A stretch of DNA of 64,000 nucleotides from Salpingoeca rosetta (GCA_033442325.1 JAWQFM010000020.1:907863-971862); one strand, 5' to 3'; positions 1-13,718 are shown, counted from the first letter of the stretch. Notes: generated by a model from the letters alone, not told the origin. Numbers and translations are program-made.

Positions 1-357
1 AAAGCCGTTCAGATACTCAACAGCGACATCGGAGTGCGTGGACTCATAAAACCTGCAAGGGAGTGAAAAGGGGATGCAAAGGAGCGGTGTCAATGAGAGT
101 GTGCATGAGGGATCAAGCGTGAAGGCTGAGTGCCCGCTTGCAGCGACAAGCTGTTGTCATGCAGACACACACACACACACACGCATACACACACACACGC
201 ACACACACGCACACACACGCACACACACGCGCACGCACTACAACTCACTCCACAAGGTATACGCCGGTACGTAGCCGCGTGGACGGATCCCGCTGGACTT
301 CAATGTGCTTCACTGGCCCGACCCTACGCGTGCACGAGTGCGTGGGGGCACGAGTAA

Positions 358-453
<96 letters not shown>

Positions 454-1007
454 AGAGAACGTACAGCAGCAAAGGACATGACCAAATGTGTCAAAACAAA
501 CCCCCTCCCACACACACACGCACACACTTGCACACCCGCCTTCCTACCCGAGATGAACCGCTGGTAGTCTGCCCAGATGGCGTCGAGCGGGTTGCGTACG
601 AGGATGATGGCCCGCGCAAACACCGACACGCCGTCGCACACGCCGTGCTCCCGTCTGTAAAATACAATGCACAAGTGATGGCACGTGGAGGGAACCAGGC
701 ATCAACGCACAGCGAACGGAGCAAGGCAGAGCACATGGCATGGAATGTGGTGGTGATTGTGGTGGTGTTCAGTGGCAACAACTGCAGCCTCATAACAGTC
801 ACAACATCAACAACGACAACAACAGCAGGCACGTCAATCGTTACAGCAACGTCACTGCAGTCATGGTTGAGGCAGGCGTGCTGTGGTATCCAGCGTACTT
901 GAAGGTGGCTGTGTAGTGGTCCTCCTTGTTGGTGCGTCGTGGGTTGATCAACGGGTGCAACTTCACCGCAATCACTGCAAGGCGCGGCAAGTTGCAACAA
1001 CAGCACA

Positions 1008-1041
<34 letters not shown>

Positions 1042-2301
1042 GTGAAAAAGGCAAATTGCGTAAGCTTCCACCACACTACAACAACTGCGCGATTTTGGCC
1101 CAACCACAACACAGGACAGAGACACACACCCAAGTTATATCGCACCTGATGAGTCGCACGTGTCTTCGCCCGGCAGCACATCCAGCAAGCTCTTGTCACC
1201 ATAGGGTGAGCCTTGGCGCCAACGAGTGCCAGAATGCAAACGAAGGAGAAGAGAGTGTGCGGGTGCGTGCGAAGGAAACCGTCCATAATAGTGTGAGTAT
1301 ATGCGAGCAAAACAGTTGCAGTGACATCTTAGCAGCAACAACGCGTGCATATGCACATTGTAACAGAAACGTGCAACAACGCAATGTCGTCGATCCGGGC
1401 CAACAGTGCAGCTGCAGTTTGCATTGCAAGGCCATAAGAATGACCCAAACCTGTAAGGTAGCCGGTGGCGTACTCGATCAACAAACGAGTCATCGTGTTT
1501 CCGCTGCCCGGCTGAGACCACAACAATGCAGGCGCCTGACAGACGACGATAACAACAAGAACAAAAACGCATGTGTGGGGAATCGTGCGAGTGAGTGAGA
1601 GGCGCGGGTGTGTGTGTGTGAATGTCAGGGTCAAAGCATGCGTTGGACGTGTGGGTTTGCGTCTGCGATTGCGTCTGTGTGGCGTATGGAGCTGTGGCGC
1701 AGGTGTCGTTGCTACATTGCCCAAAGCTGACCTTGTGTTGCTGGGCTGGGGGCAAGAAGTGTCGCTGTCTTAACCTGGAATCACTGTGGTCGCATTGAAG
1801 GAGCGAGGGCTGGCCATCACTTAAACGCGAGTCAGCCGCAGCAGCTGTGATGGGGGCGCTTTGCTCCTCGTGATGGTCATGATGGTAGTCGTGGTTGTCG
1901 CGAAGCAGAAACACCAGCGCGGCACTGAACGTCGTCAATGACACATCGCAATGGTACGAAACACAGTACGTAACGTGAGGAAGATGGGAGAAGGTGTTGT
2001 CACGCTTGCATACACACGCAGACAAAGAAGAATCGGACACAGGAAACAACGCGTACAAACAAACAAGCATATGCACACACAGACGAACAAACATACGCAC
2101 ACACAGATACACACATACAGAGATACAGAGATACACATGCACACACATGCACACAGATACACACATACAAAGATACAGCGATACAGAGACACACATGCGC
2201 ACACACACACACATGCACACACACATACATGCACATACGCACGCAAACAGCAGGAAGGCTGCCGCCGAGGTGAGCAGCTTCCGGTTTGGTTGTATCGCCA
2301 T
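1..2301 (-). CDS. WSCD-family (sialate O-sulfotransferase-like) type II Golgi sulfotransferase; multi-exon, 3' end beyond left edge
   Basis: The putative start MAIQPNRKLLTSAAAFLLF (2301) looks like a signal anchor. The exon at ~1450-1535 encodes PALLWSQPGSGNTMTRLLIEYATGYLTG, the 5'-PAPS loop typical of WSCD proteins. Later exons give GAKAHP (~1200-1220) and ARAIILVRNPLDAIWADYQR (~560-620, 3'-PAPS motif). Span includes introns. Confidence 0.8.
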
Positions 2302-2410
2302 GGAGGATTCACCACCCTGTTAACAAATCGTCCTTAACCACTCTGCTGCTGACTCAGCGAATTTCCTCTTCCCGTCCCTCGCGCGTGTCTTTTCGGTGCA
2401 CACACCAACC

Positions 2411-2481
<71 letters not shown>

Positions 2482-2536
2482 GTGCTTCTTTCCGAATTGT
2501 TGGCTTTGCTTGGCACCTTTTGAACGCCCAAACAGG

Positions 2537-3799
2537 ATGTCGTTTCGTGGTGGCGGTGGTCGCGGCGGTGGCCGGGGCTTTGGCCGTGGTGGTGGCCGTG
2601 GCGGTGGTCGCGGCGGTGGCCGTGGACGAGGTGAGATGGGCTGCTTGCACGCACGCGCACCGTGTTTGTGTTTGTGCACCATGCGTGTTTGTGTGGTGTG
2701 CATCGTTCCTTGCGATGTCTGCAACAACATTGTGGGTTGATCCTCACAACCCACTGTATGTGCGTGCATGCGTGCGTGTGTTGTGTGCGTTGCAGGCCGT
2801 GGTGGTTACCCAACAGGCCCACCACCCCGTGTGGAACGTGAGTATTGCCAGTGACAGCAAAAACATGACTTTGCCAGCAGCGCTTGCATGACACACTGCC
2901 CTCAATAACCACAGCGCTGGCCACACGTCGCATGCCAAAATCAACACCATCCAGAACCCTTGATTCACATGCTCATCCTTTCGCTCATCCACACACTGAT
3001 CCACACGCTAATTCACATCCCGCCCTCCCGCCAATCTTTTCGCTGTCCTCAGTCCTTGGCAGCGTGGTGCAGTCGTGCGAGGACGATCTTGTGTGCAAGC
3101 TTGAGAACAAGAACGTGCCTTACTTCAACGCCATGGTCTACCTCGAGAACAAGCAGGAAGTCGGCAAGGTTGACGACATCTTCGGTCCCGTTGCGGACGC
3201 GGTGCGTGATCCCTCCAATCGGGGATGGCCCTGCGCTCTCCGTGCTCCCTTCATACTGCCCTTTGCACACGAGATGAGACAGTTGGATGCATGTGCAAAC
3301 CACTGGTTGCTCCAGAGCGTGGATGAAATGTTGGCTCGGTGCAGATGCTTGAATGGCAACACAGCACTTCAGATGTGCCTTGATGCCTGCTGTTGCCCAT
3401 CGTTGCCTCCAATGTACTCACACCACCTTGGTGGACACTGACCACACGCGTGTTCTGCAGTTCTTCACAGTGAAGCTTGGACAGGGCATGAAGGCCGGCA
3501 GCTTCAAGTCGGAGGACAAATTCTTCATTGACCCGTACAAACTGCTTCCGATTGAGCGGTTCTTGCCCGGCAAGAAGCCCGCGCGTGGTCGTGGCGGTGG
3601 CCGTGGTCGTGGCGGTCGTGGTGGTGGTCGTGGTGGTGGTCGTGGCGGCCGTGGTGGTGGTGGTTTCCGTGGTGGCCGTGGTGGTGGTGGTTTCCGTGGC
3701 GGGCGCGGTGGTGGTCGTGGTGGCGGCGGCTTTAGGGGCGGCCGCGGTGGTGGTGGTGGCTTCAGGGGCGGTCGTGGCGGTGGTGGCTTCCGCAGGTGA
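2537..3799 (+). CDS. GAR1: H/ACA ribonucleoprotein complex subunit GAR1 (4 exons)
   Basis: The N-terminal RGG box [14 protein letters not shown] starts at ATG 2537. The core [46 protein letters not shown] (3052-3201) is followed by [36 protein letters not shown] and a C-terminal RGG box (3461-3799). Introns are canonical GT-AG. Confidence 0.96.
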
Positions 3800-3898
3800 G
3801 CCGGCTTGGCTTGCCTTTCTCCACCTTCTCCCTGCCCCCTCCCCTTGACACCCGTTCCCCCCCCCCTCCTCCCAACGACGATGAACGATAACTGACAA

Positions 3899-3899
3899 C

Positions 3900-3963
<64 letters not shown>
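3899..3963 (+). repeat. (GAT)n trinucleotide microsatellite downstream of GAR1
   Basis: About 21 perfect GAT units; source of the spurious poly-Met ORF at 3901. Confidence 0.95.
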
Positions 3964-3965
<2 letters not shown>

Positions 3966-4571
3966 TGCAAGACGTACTGTGCTGCTGGTGGAATTGCGGC
4001 ATATGTTGCCGGTTGTTCACGGACGAAGAACAATACGACGACGTTATGGATTGATCGCGTGCCTGTGTCTCCATCTGGAGCGTGCGTACGAGTGCGATCT
4101 TGTGCCTGTGTGTGTGTGTGTCTGTGATGGAGTTATGGCAAGCAAGAGCGAGCAGTGTGCATCTGCTCTTGTGATGTTTTGTTGTTGGGCGTTGTCTGAC
4201 ATTTGATGTGGTTTCTGGTGATGCTGTGGTCAATCAGCAAAGGTTGTGCCTTTGCCTCCCCACGCTCGTTTGTTTTTGTGTGCATGTGTGCGGTTGTGCT
4301 GTGTCCCTTGTGATGTGTTGTTGTGGAACGCTTTGCAATCGTTAGTGCTTGCTTGTATTTTGTTTCACAACACAACAAGTATACTCTAATGACCGAAATA
4401 ACGCCACAACGCCAGAACGCAGGCAGTGTGTGGTTGTGAGAGAGGGGCGGGGGGTTTCACCTGGGACCTGTGTTGTGTGGGCCAACATCTTTCAAGACCA
4501 AACCAAGCATCTCACAAGCTTCCTCCTAACTAGACACCCGAAGATGTGTAACTTGCGAACAACGCATGTGC

Positions 4572-4661
<90 letters not shown>

Positions 4662-4833
4662 TGTGTGTGTGTGGTGTGGGTGTGCGTGTGTGTGTGTGTG
4701 TGGGTGTGTGTGGTGTGGGTGTGCGTGTGGGTGTGGGTGTGGGTGTGGTGTGGGGTGTGCGTCATGACGCACAGTGCTCTCATCCACTAAGGGAGTAGCA
4801 GCGCGCATCAGAGGGTGGTGGTGGTGGTGTTTG

Positions 4834-5059
4834 TCACTCATCCTCGTCTGTGAGCCACTGCACGATGGCGGCCATCTCATCGCGTCCCAGCGGCGGCGAC
4901 TGCAGTGCGTCTTCCTTCAGCCGCTCCAGCACGAACAACAGCCTGCAGTGCGGTGTTGTGTGTGAGTGTGTGAGGGTGTGTTGTGTGTGTGCAGGTGGTG
5001 GCGTGACCATGGGAGTGGATATACACATATTCTACCGTCATCACAGGAGCAAGTGCATG

Positions 5060-5103
<44 letters not shown>

Positions 5104-5860
5104 CGCGCTCACCACATGCGTAACGCTGGCGGAAGGCCGATTGGATCCCCGTTCTCGTCCACGCGCGTCGCGCTCTTCAACTTTGTAAACCGCGTCTGCA
5201 CACACATACACATGCGCCAGCAGTGAGTACGCGCGTGCATGCGCGTGTATGCATGTGTGTGTGTGTGTGTGTGTGTGTGCGTGCGTGTGTGAGATGAATG
5301 GAATCAGTGCAGCGCTTCGTGGCAAGCTCAAGGGCGCACACCGCAAAACAAATGCTTGCACACCACAATTCTCCACCAGCACAAGCAGGCACCCACTACA
5401 CCTCACCTCGATGGCTGCTCTGTATGCCTCCAAGGGGCGGCCGCAATGGACAACAGCCTGATACAGCAGCGCAACCTGGTGGGCAAGGTGCTTCAGGTGC
5501 CCGTTCTCCACGTCGCCAGCGAGGATGTCGCACAGCGTCACAATGGAGTTGGTGTGCGACATATGGGGTAAGTAGTCTGCATGGGTGGGGAGGAGGGGGG
5601 ATGGNNNNNNNNNNNNNNNNNNNNNNNNNNNNNNNNNNNNNNNNNNNNNNNNNNNNNNNNNNNNNNNNNNNNNNNNNNNNNNNNNNNNNNNNNNNNNNNN
5701 NNNNTCTCTCTGCCTCTCTCAGCGCTCTCACGCCGCGTGGTCGAGCGTGGAGGCAACACATGCAAGAGGAAGCCGAAGGAGGGCGGCGCGGCGCCACAGC
5801 GTCTCTCCCGCGCTCTATCGCGATATATCGACGTACATATCCGCACATATAGACGGAGAT

Positions 5861-5915
<55 letters not shown>

Positions 5916-6276
5916 CACACACACACACGCACACACATCACGCACCATCAAGCAGGCCGCGGTCCCCGGGTATGGGCTCGTCAAAGCACCACGCAGCAAC
6001 ACGCGGGCACAGCACATCCATCCCCGTCTGTCGCATGTATCGCTGCAAACACAAGCGTCGAGTGATGAGCACCAACGTATGCGTGTGTGCGTGTGTGTGC
6101 GTGTGTAGGTGTGTGTGGGTGTGTGTAGGTGTGTTTAGATTTGTTCGCATATCCAGGGCACGCAACAGAGATGAGCGGTTGTTTACGTCGATGCATCGTG
6201 ATTGGTCGCCGGAGACGCGCTGCAGCTCCGCCTCGGCATTCTCCAACATCGTGTTGCCTGGTGTTGATGACGAGGG

Positions 6277-6318
<42 letters not shown>

Positions 6319-6380
6319 ACACAGACACACAGACACACACAGACACACAGACACACACACACACACACAGACACACAGAC

Positions 6381-6419
<39 letters not shown>

Positions 6420-6537
6420 GACACAACGCACCTTTGAAGGAGCTGCTCGCGGTTGTACGTATCCTCAGGGGCAGGGTTATGCTTTGCCTGTCATCGTCCC
6501 TGCTCACCTCAAACGTGACATTCTTGCTTGTAGCCAT
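4834..6537 (-). CDS. Hypothetical protein, multi-exon, interrupted by an assembly gap
   Basis: Phase-consistent exons: [35 protein letters not shown] / [24 protein letters not shown] / [32 protein letters not shown] / ...[56 protein letters not shown] / ...[35 protein letters not shown]. No family recognised with confidence; middle exons uncertain. Confidence 0.6.
5605..5704. other. Scaffold gap (~100 N)
   Basis: Run of N next to G-rich and CT-repeat sequence. Confidence 0.98.
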
Positions 6538-6700
6538 CACGCTTGTTGTCTGGTGTTGTGGTGTTTGACAATGGTTCTGCTTTTGCTTGCTGTTGTTCGT
6601 GTTGTTGTTGTCGCTGTTTGACGAATGAGACACAGGCCAACACATCACACACATACATACACGCAATGCATCAGAGGAAAGCAGGCCTGCCCGCAAAGAG

Positions 6701-6779
<79 letters not shown>

Positions 6780-6876
6780 TGCAACACCAGGCAGGAATGA
6801 AGGAAAGCACGCGTCAAGGGACAATGGAGGAAAGGTGAAGAGGGATGCGGTTCGTGGAGCAGGGGCCTTGATCTGA

Positions 6877-7213
6877 TCACTTGTTAGCGCCCTGCGCCCT
6901 CGCTGTGATGGCAGATTGCTGTGTGCGTGTGTGTGTGTGTGTGTGTGTATGTGTGTGTGTGTGTCATGAAGTGAGCGTACGCGAGGATAACATGACGACA
7001 AACACATCCATACATAAGCACACGCACAAAGGCACACACACACACACACACACACACACATCCACCAAGCACACAGGAGACGTGCACGCGTGGGTACCTC
7101 GGCGAGGTTCACGGCCTCGCTGGCTTTTGTGCGAGTCAGAAGCTGCGAGCCCTTCCAGATGCCTGCGATGGAAATACACAGCCAGCAAGGAACAGGTGAG
7201 AGCGGGAAATACG

Positions 7214-7301
<88 letters not shown>

Positions 7302-8224
7302 CTAACCTTCTTGGCGAGGCTGGCCATGTGTGCCATCAGGGAAGGTCAAGAGACCACTGTCACATTACATCCACATGCACAAGCACAACACGTGTATCGG
7401 GGTCAAACCAGATGTGAGTGAGCTATTATTGCGGTGATGGTCATGCTAGCAAACTGACACGTCGGAGGTATTCGCGTGTGCTTGTTCACGTACCTGCCAT
7501 CAACCTGACCGGCCTGGAACTGGCCCTGGAACTTCATCCCGTCCGCACGCTGGTAGACGCCGTAGCCGTGGTACTTGCCGCCCTCAAAGTCACCCTCATA
7601 CTTGCTGTTGTCTGCGTCGTGTTTGGCATGCATATAATATGTGTGTTGTGAGGTGACACGGGGGCGGGGGTGAACATGAGCAAGGGCGAATGTTCGAGAT
7701 GAGTGACAAAGAGAGACACGCACAACAACGGAGCAGCAGAGAAGCAAATGATCTGCTTGTTTCACAAAAAAAGCATGAAAGACCCCCAACATTCCACAGC
7801 AACCACAGTACCAGGCACAGTACAGGCAAGAAACGACGTGAGTGCAACTCAATTCAACACACACCGGGGAATGTGAGGATGCCCTTTCCGTGGCAGAGAC
7901 CGGCCTTGAAGTGGCCAACAAAGCGGGCACCGTCCGCAAAGGTGAGGATCCCAAACCCTTCACGCTGTTGACCAAACCATGGGTGTGTGTGAGCGGTGCT
8001 GGCGTCAGTGAAACGTGTGCCATTATACACTGCATGCCGATATGAGCGCAAACCAAGCATACAAAGCAAAAAAAAAAAAAAAGTAAGGGACAAAGGAAAC
8101 CACGCATTCACCCACACATGAAAACACCCACACACACACACACCTGCCCCTCGGCGTTCCATTCGCCCTGGTACTTGTCGCCCTCGTTGTATTCGACGGC
8201 GTGGTAGCCCGCAGCGACAGACAT
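6877..8224 (-). CDS. MORN4: MORN repeat-containing protein 4 (retinophilin orthologue), 6 exons
   Basis: Spliced product MSVAAGYHAVEYNEGDKYQGEWNAEGQ/QREGFGILTFADGARFVGHFKAGLCHGKGILTFP/DNSKYEGDFEGGKYHGYGVYQRADGMKFQGQFQAGQVDG/SGLLTFPDGTHGQPRQE/GIWKGSQLLTRTKASEAVNLAE/QSAITARAQGANK*. It has four MORN repeats plus the GLLTFPDGxHGxPRxEG motif characteristic of MORN4. Confidence 0.9.
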
Positions 8225-8425
8225 GTTGTTGGATGGATATGGATGTGGATACGGACGGGGTGTGGCAAGTCGCTCTTGAGGAGGAAGGTGTTGTTTGGGT
8301 TTTGCTTCGTGTTGGCTGGCTGGCTCAGCGATTCGGAAAATTTATGGTCATCTTCCATAACATTCTCAACTTGTGTGTGTGTGTGCGTGTGTGTGTGTGT
8401 CTTTGTGTGTGTGTGTGTGTGTGTC

Positions 8426-8465
<40 letters not shown>

Positions 8466-8599
8466 GCTTCTCTCCCTCCTCTGTCTCTCTTCTGCTCCCC
8501 TCCTCTGTCTCTTCTCTGCCCCCCTCCTCTGCCCCTCTCCTCTGTCCCTCACATACGCACAAAACGCACTCAGGACAATGGCAGGCAATGGATGTGCTG

Positions 8600-11409
8600 C
8601 TACTGGTCCACCTGTACAGTCTGCTCAACCTTGCGCGTGTGCGGATTCAGCTCATGCTGGATCTGGTCAATGGTCTTGCCTGCACACGCACACAACCCCC
8701 CCCCCCAATGTATACACAAGCATACGCACACACATGTACACACACAACCACACACACGCACGCATATGAGCCATTGATATCGAAGAGCAGACGCGTTGAT
8801 TTGGGGGTGACAACAGAGGACAGCACATATGCACACAGGTACGCAGATGCAAACTCATGACGCTCGCACACGTCAAGACGTCAACATACGCACGCACGCA
8901 CGCACCTTTCGTCTCTGGCACGAACACGAGAACAAAGAGGCCGAACAAAGAGCAGAGGACAATAAAGGGAATGAAAACATTGTGGCCAATGGCTTTCTGC
9001 AAACAGAAAAAGACGAGAGTGTGTGTGATTGTGTGAAGTCAGTGTGTTGTGCGTGTGAGGGTGACGCACGTGAACCCGCTTTGCTGTGAACCTGCCTGCA
9101 CACACATGTGCACACACACACATGCACGCGTTACCTGGAGTGGCGTGAAGGAAATGCCAACAACAAAGTTGAAGATCCAGTTGCACGCGACGCACAGCGA
9201 CATGGCGGAGGTAGTGGCCTGCGCAGGAAACAGCTCAGCGGCCTGGTAAAAGGCACAACACAAGGGGGTGTGGCAAGTGAAGGCGAGAGGCGACGGATGA
9301 ATCGACAGTTGTCTACTTGCGTGTCTGTGTCTACCTCTCACACACACATACACTCACCCACCCACACAAACACTCACTCGCACACTCACTCACTCACTCA
9401 CTCACTCACGCCCTCTCACACACACACACACGCACACTCACTCACACACACACTCTCACACACACACACTCTCTCTCTCTCCCCCTCTCGATGCACGTGT
9501 GGCGCCAGCTGATTGCCGCAGCGATGCGTGTTGCGCCGACTAACCATGAGCCAGGGAATGCCACCGGGCCCTACAGCGAAGCAAACGATGACGAGGATGA
9601 CAGAGAGGACGCTGATGTTCGACATGAAGCTCGCCTTGTCCTCCGTGTACACGGACACTGGTGCAGGTTTGCGCAGAAGTGAGACAGTGAAGAAGAAAAG
9701 ATGGGCAATACAGTGAGTGGCGGTGTGCTGTGGTGGGGAGGAGCAAGTGGGTAACGAAGAGAGAGGGAGAGACGAATGAATGAAGGGCACCATGTGCACA
9801 TATATATACATACACAAGTACACAACACACATACGCACATACACACACACTCTCTCTCACTCTTTCTCTCCACCCCATCCGCGTTGGTTGTGTGCGTGTG
9901 GCGCGTGTCTTGTTCACCTGTGAGGAGGGCGTAGGAGGCCGCCATACCGAAGAGACCAAACAGCAGCAGCGGCCGCCGCCCGAGCCGGTCAATCAGCACA
10001 ACAGACACCACGGTCATCACCACATTCACAACGCCAGCCTGCAAGCAGCGCCAACACGTGGATGTGTCGTGAGGGAGCGTGGTGGTGTGAGAGTGGGTAT
10101 ATGAGATGGGGAGGGGGTTATTGTGAGATGAACACTTCAAATGGACAAGATCCCATCACATCCAACACACACCCTGTCACAAATCTATCCCCAATGACCA
10201 CCTTCACCACACACAGACAGACAGACACACACAGACACACACAGACACACACAGACACACACACACACACACACACGCCACGCAAGAGCGGTGGGGACGT
10301 ACGATGGCGGTTGCCACGTCGCCGTTGTTGACGTTCGCGTCCTTGAAGATGGAGCTCGAGTAGTAGAAGATTGCGTTGATGCCGGAGAGCTGCTGGCACG
10401 CCTGCAGCGTAATGCCAATCACAAGCGTCTTCCACAATGACCGTGTTCGTAGCAGCTCAAACACGCCCAGCACCTGCGCATGGTGGAGGCAATGGGTCGT
10501 TGCAGAGAAGCAGTTCGGTTGGAAACGTGGAGGTGGTGTTCGCAATGCAATCGCTCACTCTCTCTCTCTCTCTCACACACACACATGGGTGATGCAAGCA
10601 CTGCAAGGTAGTGCCACGTGGTGTTGCACGTGGCTTCGCTTCTCCTCCCCCCTCATCACCGCATTCACCTCAATTGCCGCCTGTGCGTCCTGTTCTTGCT
10701 GCATCCGTTGCATCTCGCCTTCGACTGCGCTCTCATCACCACCGCGCAGCCGGCGCAGGTGTCCTGTGCAGTCATCGTGGTGGCAGGGTCATGCGTGAGC
10801 TGGGCCCTGAGTTGTTGCGCGCCAAGTACACATGGGCATGCGTTTGCAGGTACAAGGAAGCAAACACACGTATACGCACATTCGTCAACGAACGAACGAA
10901 CAAACAAACAAAACAAACAAGCAAACAAGCAAGCAAACAAACAAGCAAACAAGCAAGCAAGCAACGCTTGCATAAGGTCGCAGTGCATTGTATGCGCGCG
11001 TGTTTCCAACACACGTCGGGCATCTGTCTCGCGCCCGCGGGAGAGGAAGAGCCATCTTGGCGACTCCGGCACAAGGAAGATGGTGGCGAGTTGCAGGCAC
11101 GCGGGCAGCAGCGAGAACCCTGTGGGGTGCGAGGAAGCGGGTCGGTGAGTGAAACGGCGCATGCATGTATGCACGTGCGTGTGCGTGTACGGGTGTGAGT
11201 ATGCCTGTGCGTGTGCATGTATGAGTGTGAGTATGCCTGTGAGTGTGTATGGTGCGTCAGATTGGCAATGCACGCGCTCGCGGATGTGGCAAAGGACACC
11301 GCCCCACCGAGAAGATAGCGCCACAAGCTCACTGTGCCCAGGGCGTCATGGATCCCCATGCTCTGCAGTTCGCATGTGTATGAATGTGGGTGTGTGTGAG
11401 TGTGAGAGT

Positions 11410-11483
<74 letters not shown>

Positions 11484-11876
11484 CACTCACACATGTAGAC
11501 AGGAAACCGTTGACGTGACGTGTGAGGCGTATCGATCCCTCTAAGGAGTGAGACTACGCTCGGTTGTTGGAACTCTGAATACCATTCCCCGCCACCCCGA
11601 GTACACGAGAGTTCTCACTCATTCAGGCGCTCTTGCGTCGTGTGCGTATTTGACATTCACATTCCACACAGAGCCACACGTGTGTGTGCGTGTGCGNNNN
11701 NNNNNNNNNNNNNNNNNNNNNNNNNNNNNNNNNNNNNNNNNNNNNNNNNNNNNNNNNNNNNNNNNNNNNNNNNNNNNNNNNNNNNNNNNNNNNNNNGGAC
11801 AGGGTGGTGATTGCTGCCGCGAATGGAGACGGGCGAGATCTCAGACAGGTACTTTTGGCGTGATGACCTTGTCGTG

Positions 11877-11908
<32 letters not shown>

Positions 11909-11984
11909 ATGGAGAAGAGAGCGATTGCGTGGGTGCGTATATCTTAAGTAACCAATCATCATAGATAGAGAGACAGAGAGAAGC

Positions 11985-12041
<57 letters not shown>

Positions 12042-13117
12042 CACCTCCCTCCCCCTCAACGCACATATTGCTGCCTCTGCACTCACGGTTGTGACGCCGC
12101 TGCCGAGACCGACGAGGAACCGGCCGGCGGTGAAGAGCTTGATGGTGGGTGCAAGCGCCATCATCAGCGCAGCGCCAATCAAGATGATGTTGTTGAGTGC
12201 AAACGTTGTGCGCAGGCCAAGCATGCTGATGAAGGGCCCACACCCCAGCCCACCAAAGAGACCTCCCACGGCGAACATGGATACGGCCGTGCTCCACTGC
12301 ACACTGCACCACATGAGAATGAACGGGTTGATGTACGTGCGATGGGCGTGATGAGATGAGTGGACAGCAGGAAAAGCACGTTGGCCTCTATGAGGATGTG
12401 TGTGTGTGTGTGTGTTTGTGCGCGTTGTCGTGTAGACAGTTGTGGGGGAGGGGCACAAGCTTGGTGTTCACGTACGTGGTGATGGTTGAGTTGCAGTTAA
12501 CTGATGTGTTACATCCGGATAAGCTCTGCTCGATCACATCCTGGGGCGTGTTGATGACTCCTGTCCCAGACACACACGTACATCACAGCAAGGCAAGACA
12601 ACAATGAGTAGGTGTTGTAAGGACAACAGAGGCATCGGACACACGTACATACACACGCACACGCATGCGCGCATACATACACACACGCACACACATTTCC
12701 GTACACACACACATGCAAGCGCATGCAAGCGCACCAGTGTTGTATCCAAACTGAAAGGTGCCGCCAATGACAGCGACCAGCGTGGCCACTAGAACCCAAG
12801 CCGTGTAGCGTGGTCCACCCTGTTGGTCACAGATCGTAGAGTTGAGAGTGAGCGACGTGCAACACGTGGTTGTGATGTCACATCACAATAACGCAACAAC
12901 TCAACAACGCACACCGCAAGACACACCCACACCCCAGCATCAGATCGCACGTGACAACCCTCACATCTGCTGCAGTTGAGGAAGACAGCAAAGGCTGCGA
13001 CTCTGTGCTGCCTGGCGAGCCTGCGTATGCCCTGCCCCCTCCAGCGACCGCGTCATCCTGGCTCCCGCTCATGCCGCCCTTCGCCCACGCACTGCCACCT
13101 TCCCCCAGATCAGACAT
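8600..13117 (-). CDS. MFS sugar porter, GLUT/SLC2A facilitated hexose transporter, multi-exon
   Basis: Motifs: VAVIGGTFQFGYNT/GVINTPQ; WSTAVSMFAVGGLFGG; GRFLVGLGSG; YLSEISP; VPESPRWL; QQLSGINAIFYYS; IDRLGRRPLLL; FAVGPGGIPW; AELF; CNWIFNFVVG; VPETKG. Stop follows ...VQVDQ at 8600. Confidence 0.95.
11697..11796. other. Scaffold gap (100 N) inside the GLUT gene
   Basis: Run of N. Confidence 0.98.
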
Positions 13118-13466
13118 CGTGCAATGGTGTGGTGTGATTGTGCTTTCTCTTCCTCCTCCAAAACAAACAATCTCGCATCACGTCATTGTTGTCCTCCCCG
13201 ACCACATGCACTGTGGTGGTGGTGTTCTTGTGTTGTTGTTGTTGTCGTTTACTGGTGCTGGTGATGGGGCGTCAACGCGCGACCCACCACAGCCCGTCAC
13301 AAGGTGGGGGGTCAGACAAAAGGTGGGGATTCGCATAGCAAGATGGAGAGGTTGTTATGTTCCGCATTTGCATGAACCCGAGCACTTCAACAAGCGCGAT
13401 TGAGGGTCAGCCCACTAGAAGAGCAAACCAACCACAGACTGATACATGGTGCCCCATGCTTCAACC

Positions 13467-13543
<77 letters not shown>

Positions 13544-13718
13544 GAACAGCACAACAAGCGAGCTACCTTCGCTCAAAACCAACAAGGAAGAACACTGTCG
13601 TGTCCTGATGCAAGGCATGCAGCAACGTGTATTCACCAGGGCCTGCAACAGTCGTGTGGTGCATGAGCATGAGTGAGGGAGAACAAGGGTGTATCGGATT
13701 GCAAGCAGGTCAATCAAC

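Noticed and set aside
3251-4233. Long antisense Pro/Arg-rich and Thr/Ala-rich ORFs over GAR1
   Set aside because: These are the reverse complement of RGG-coding repeats plus the (GAT)n tract.
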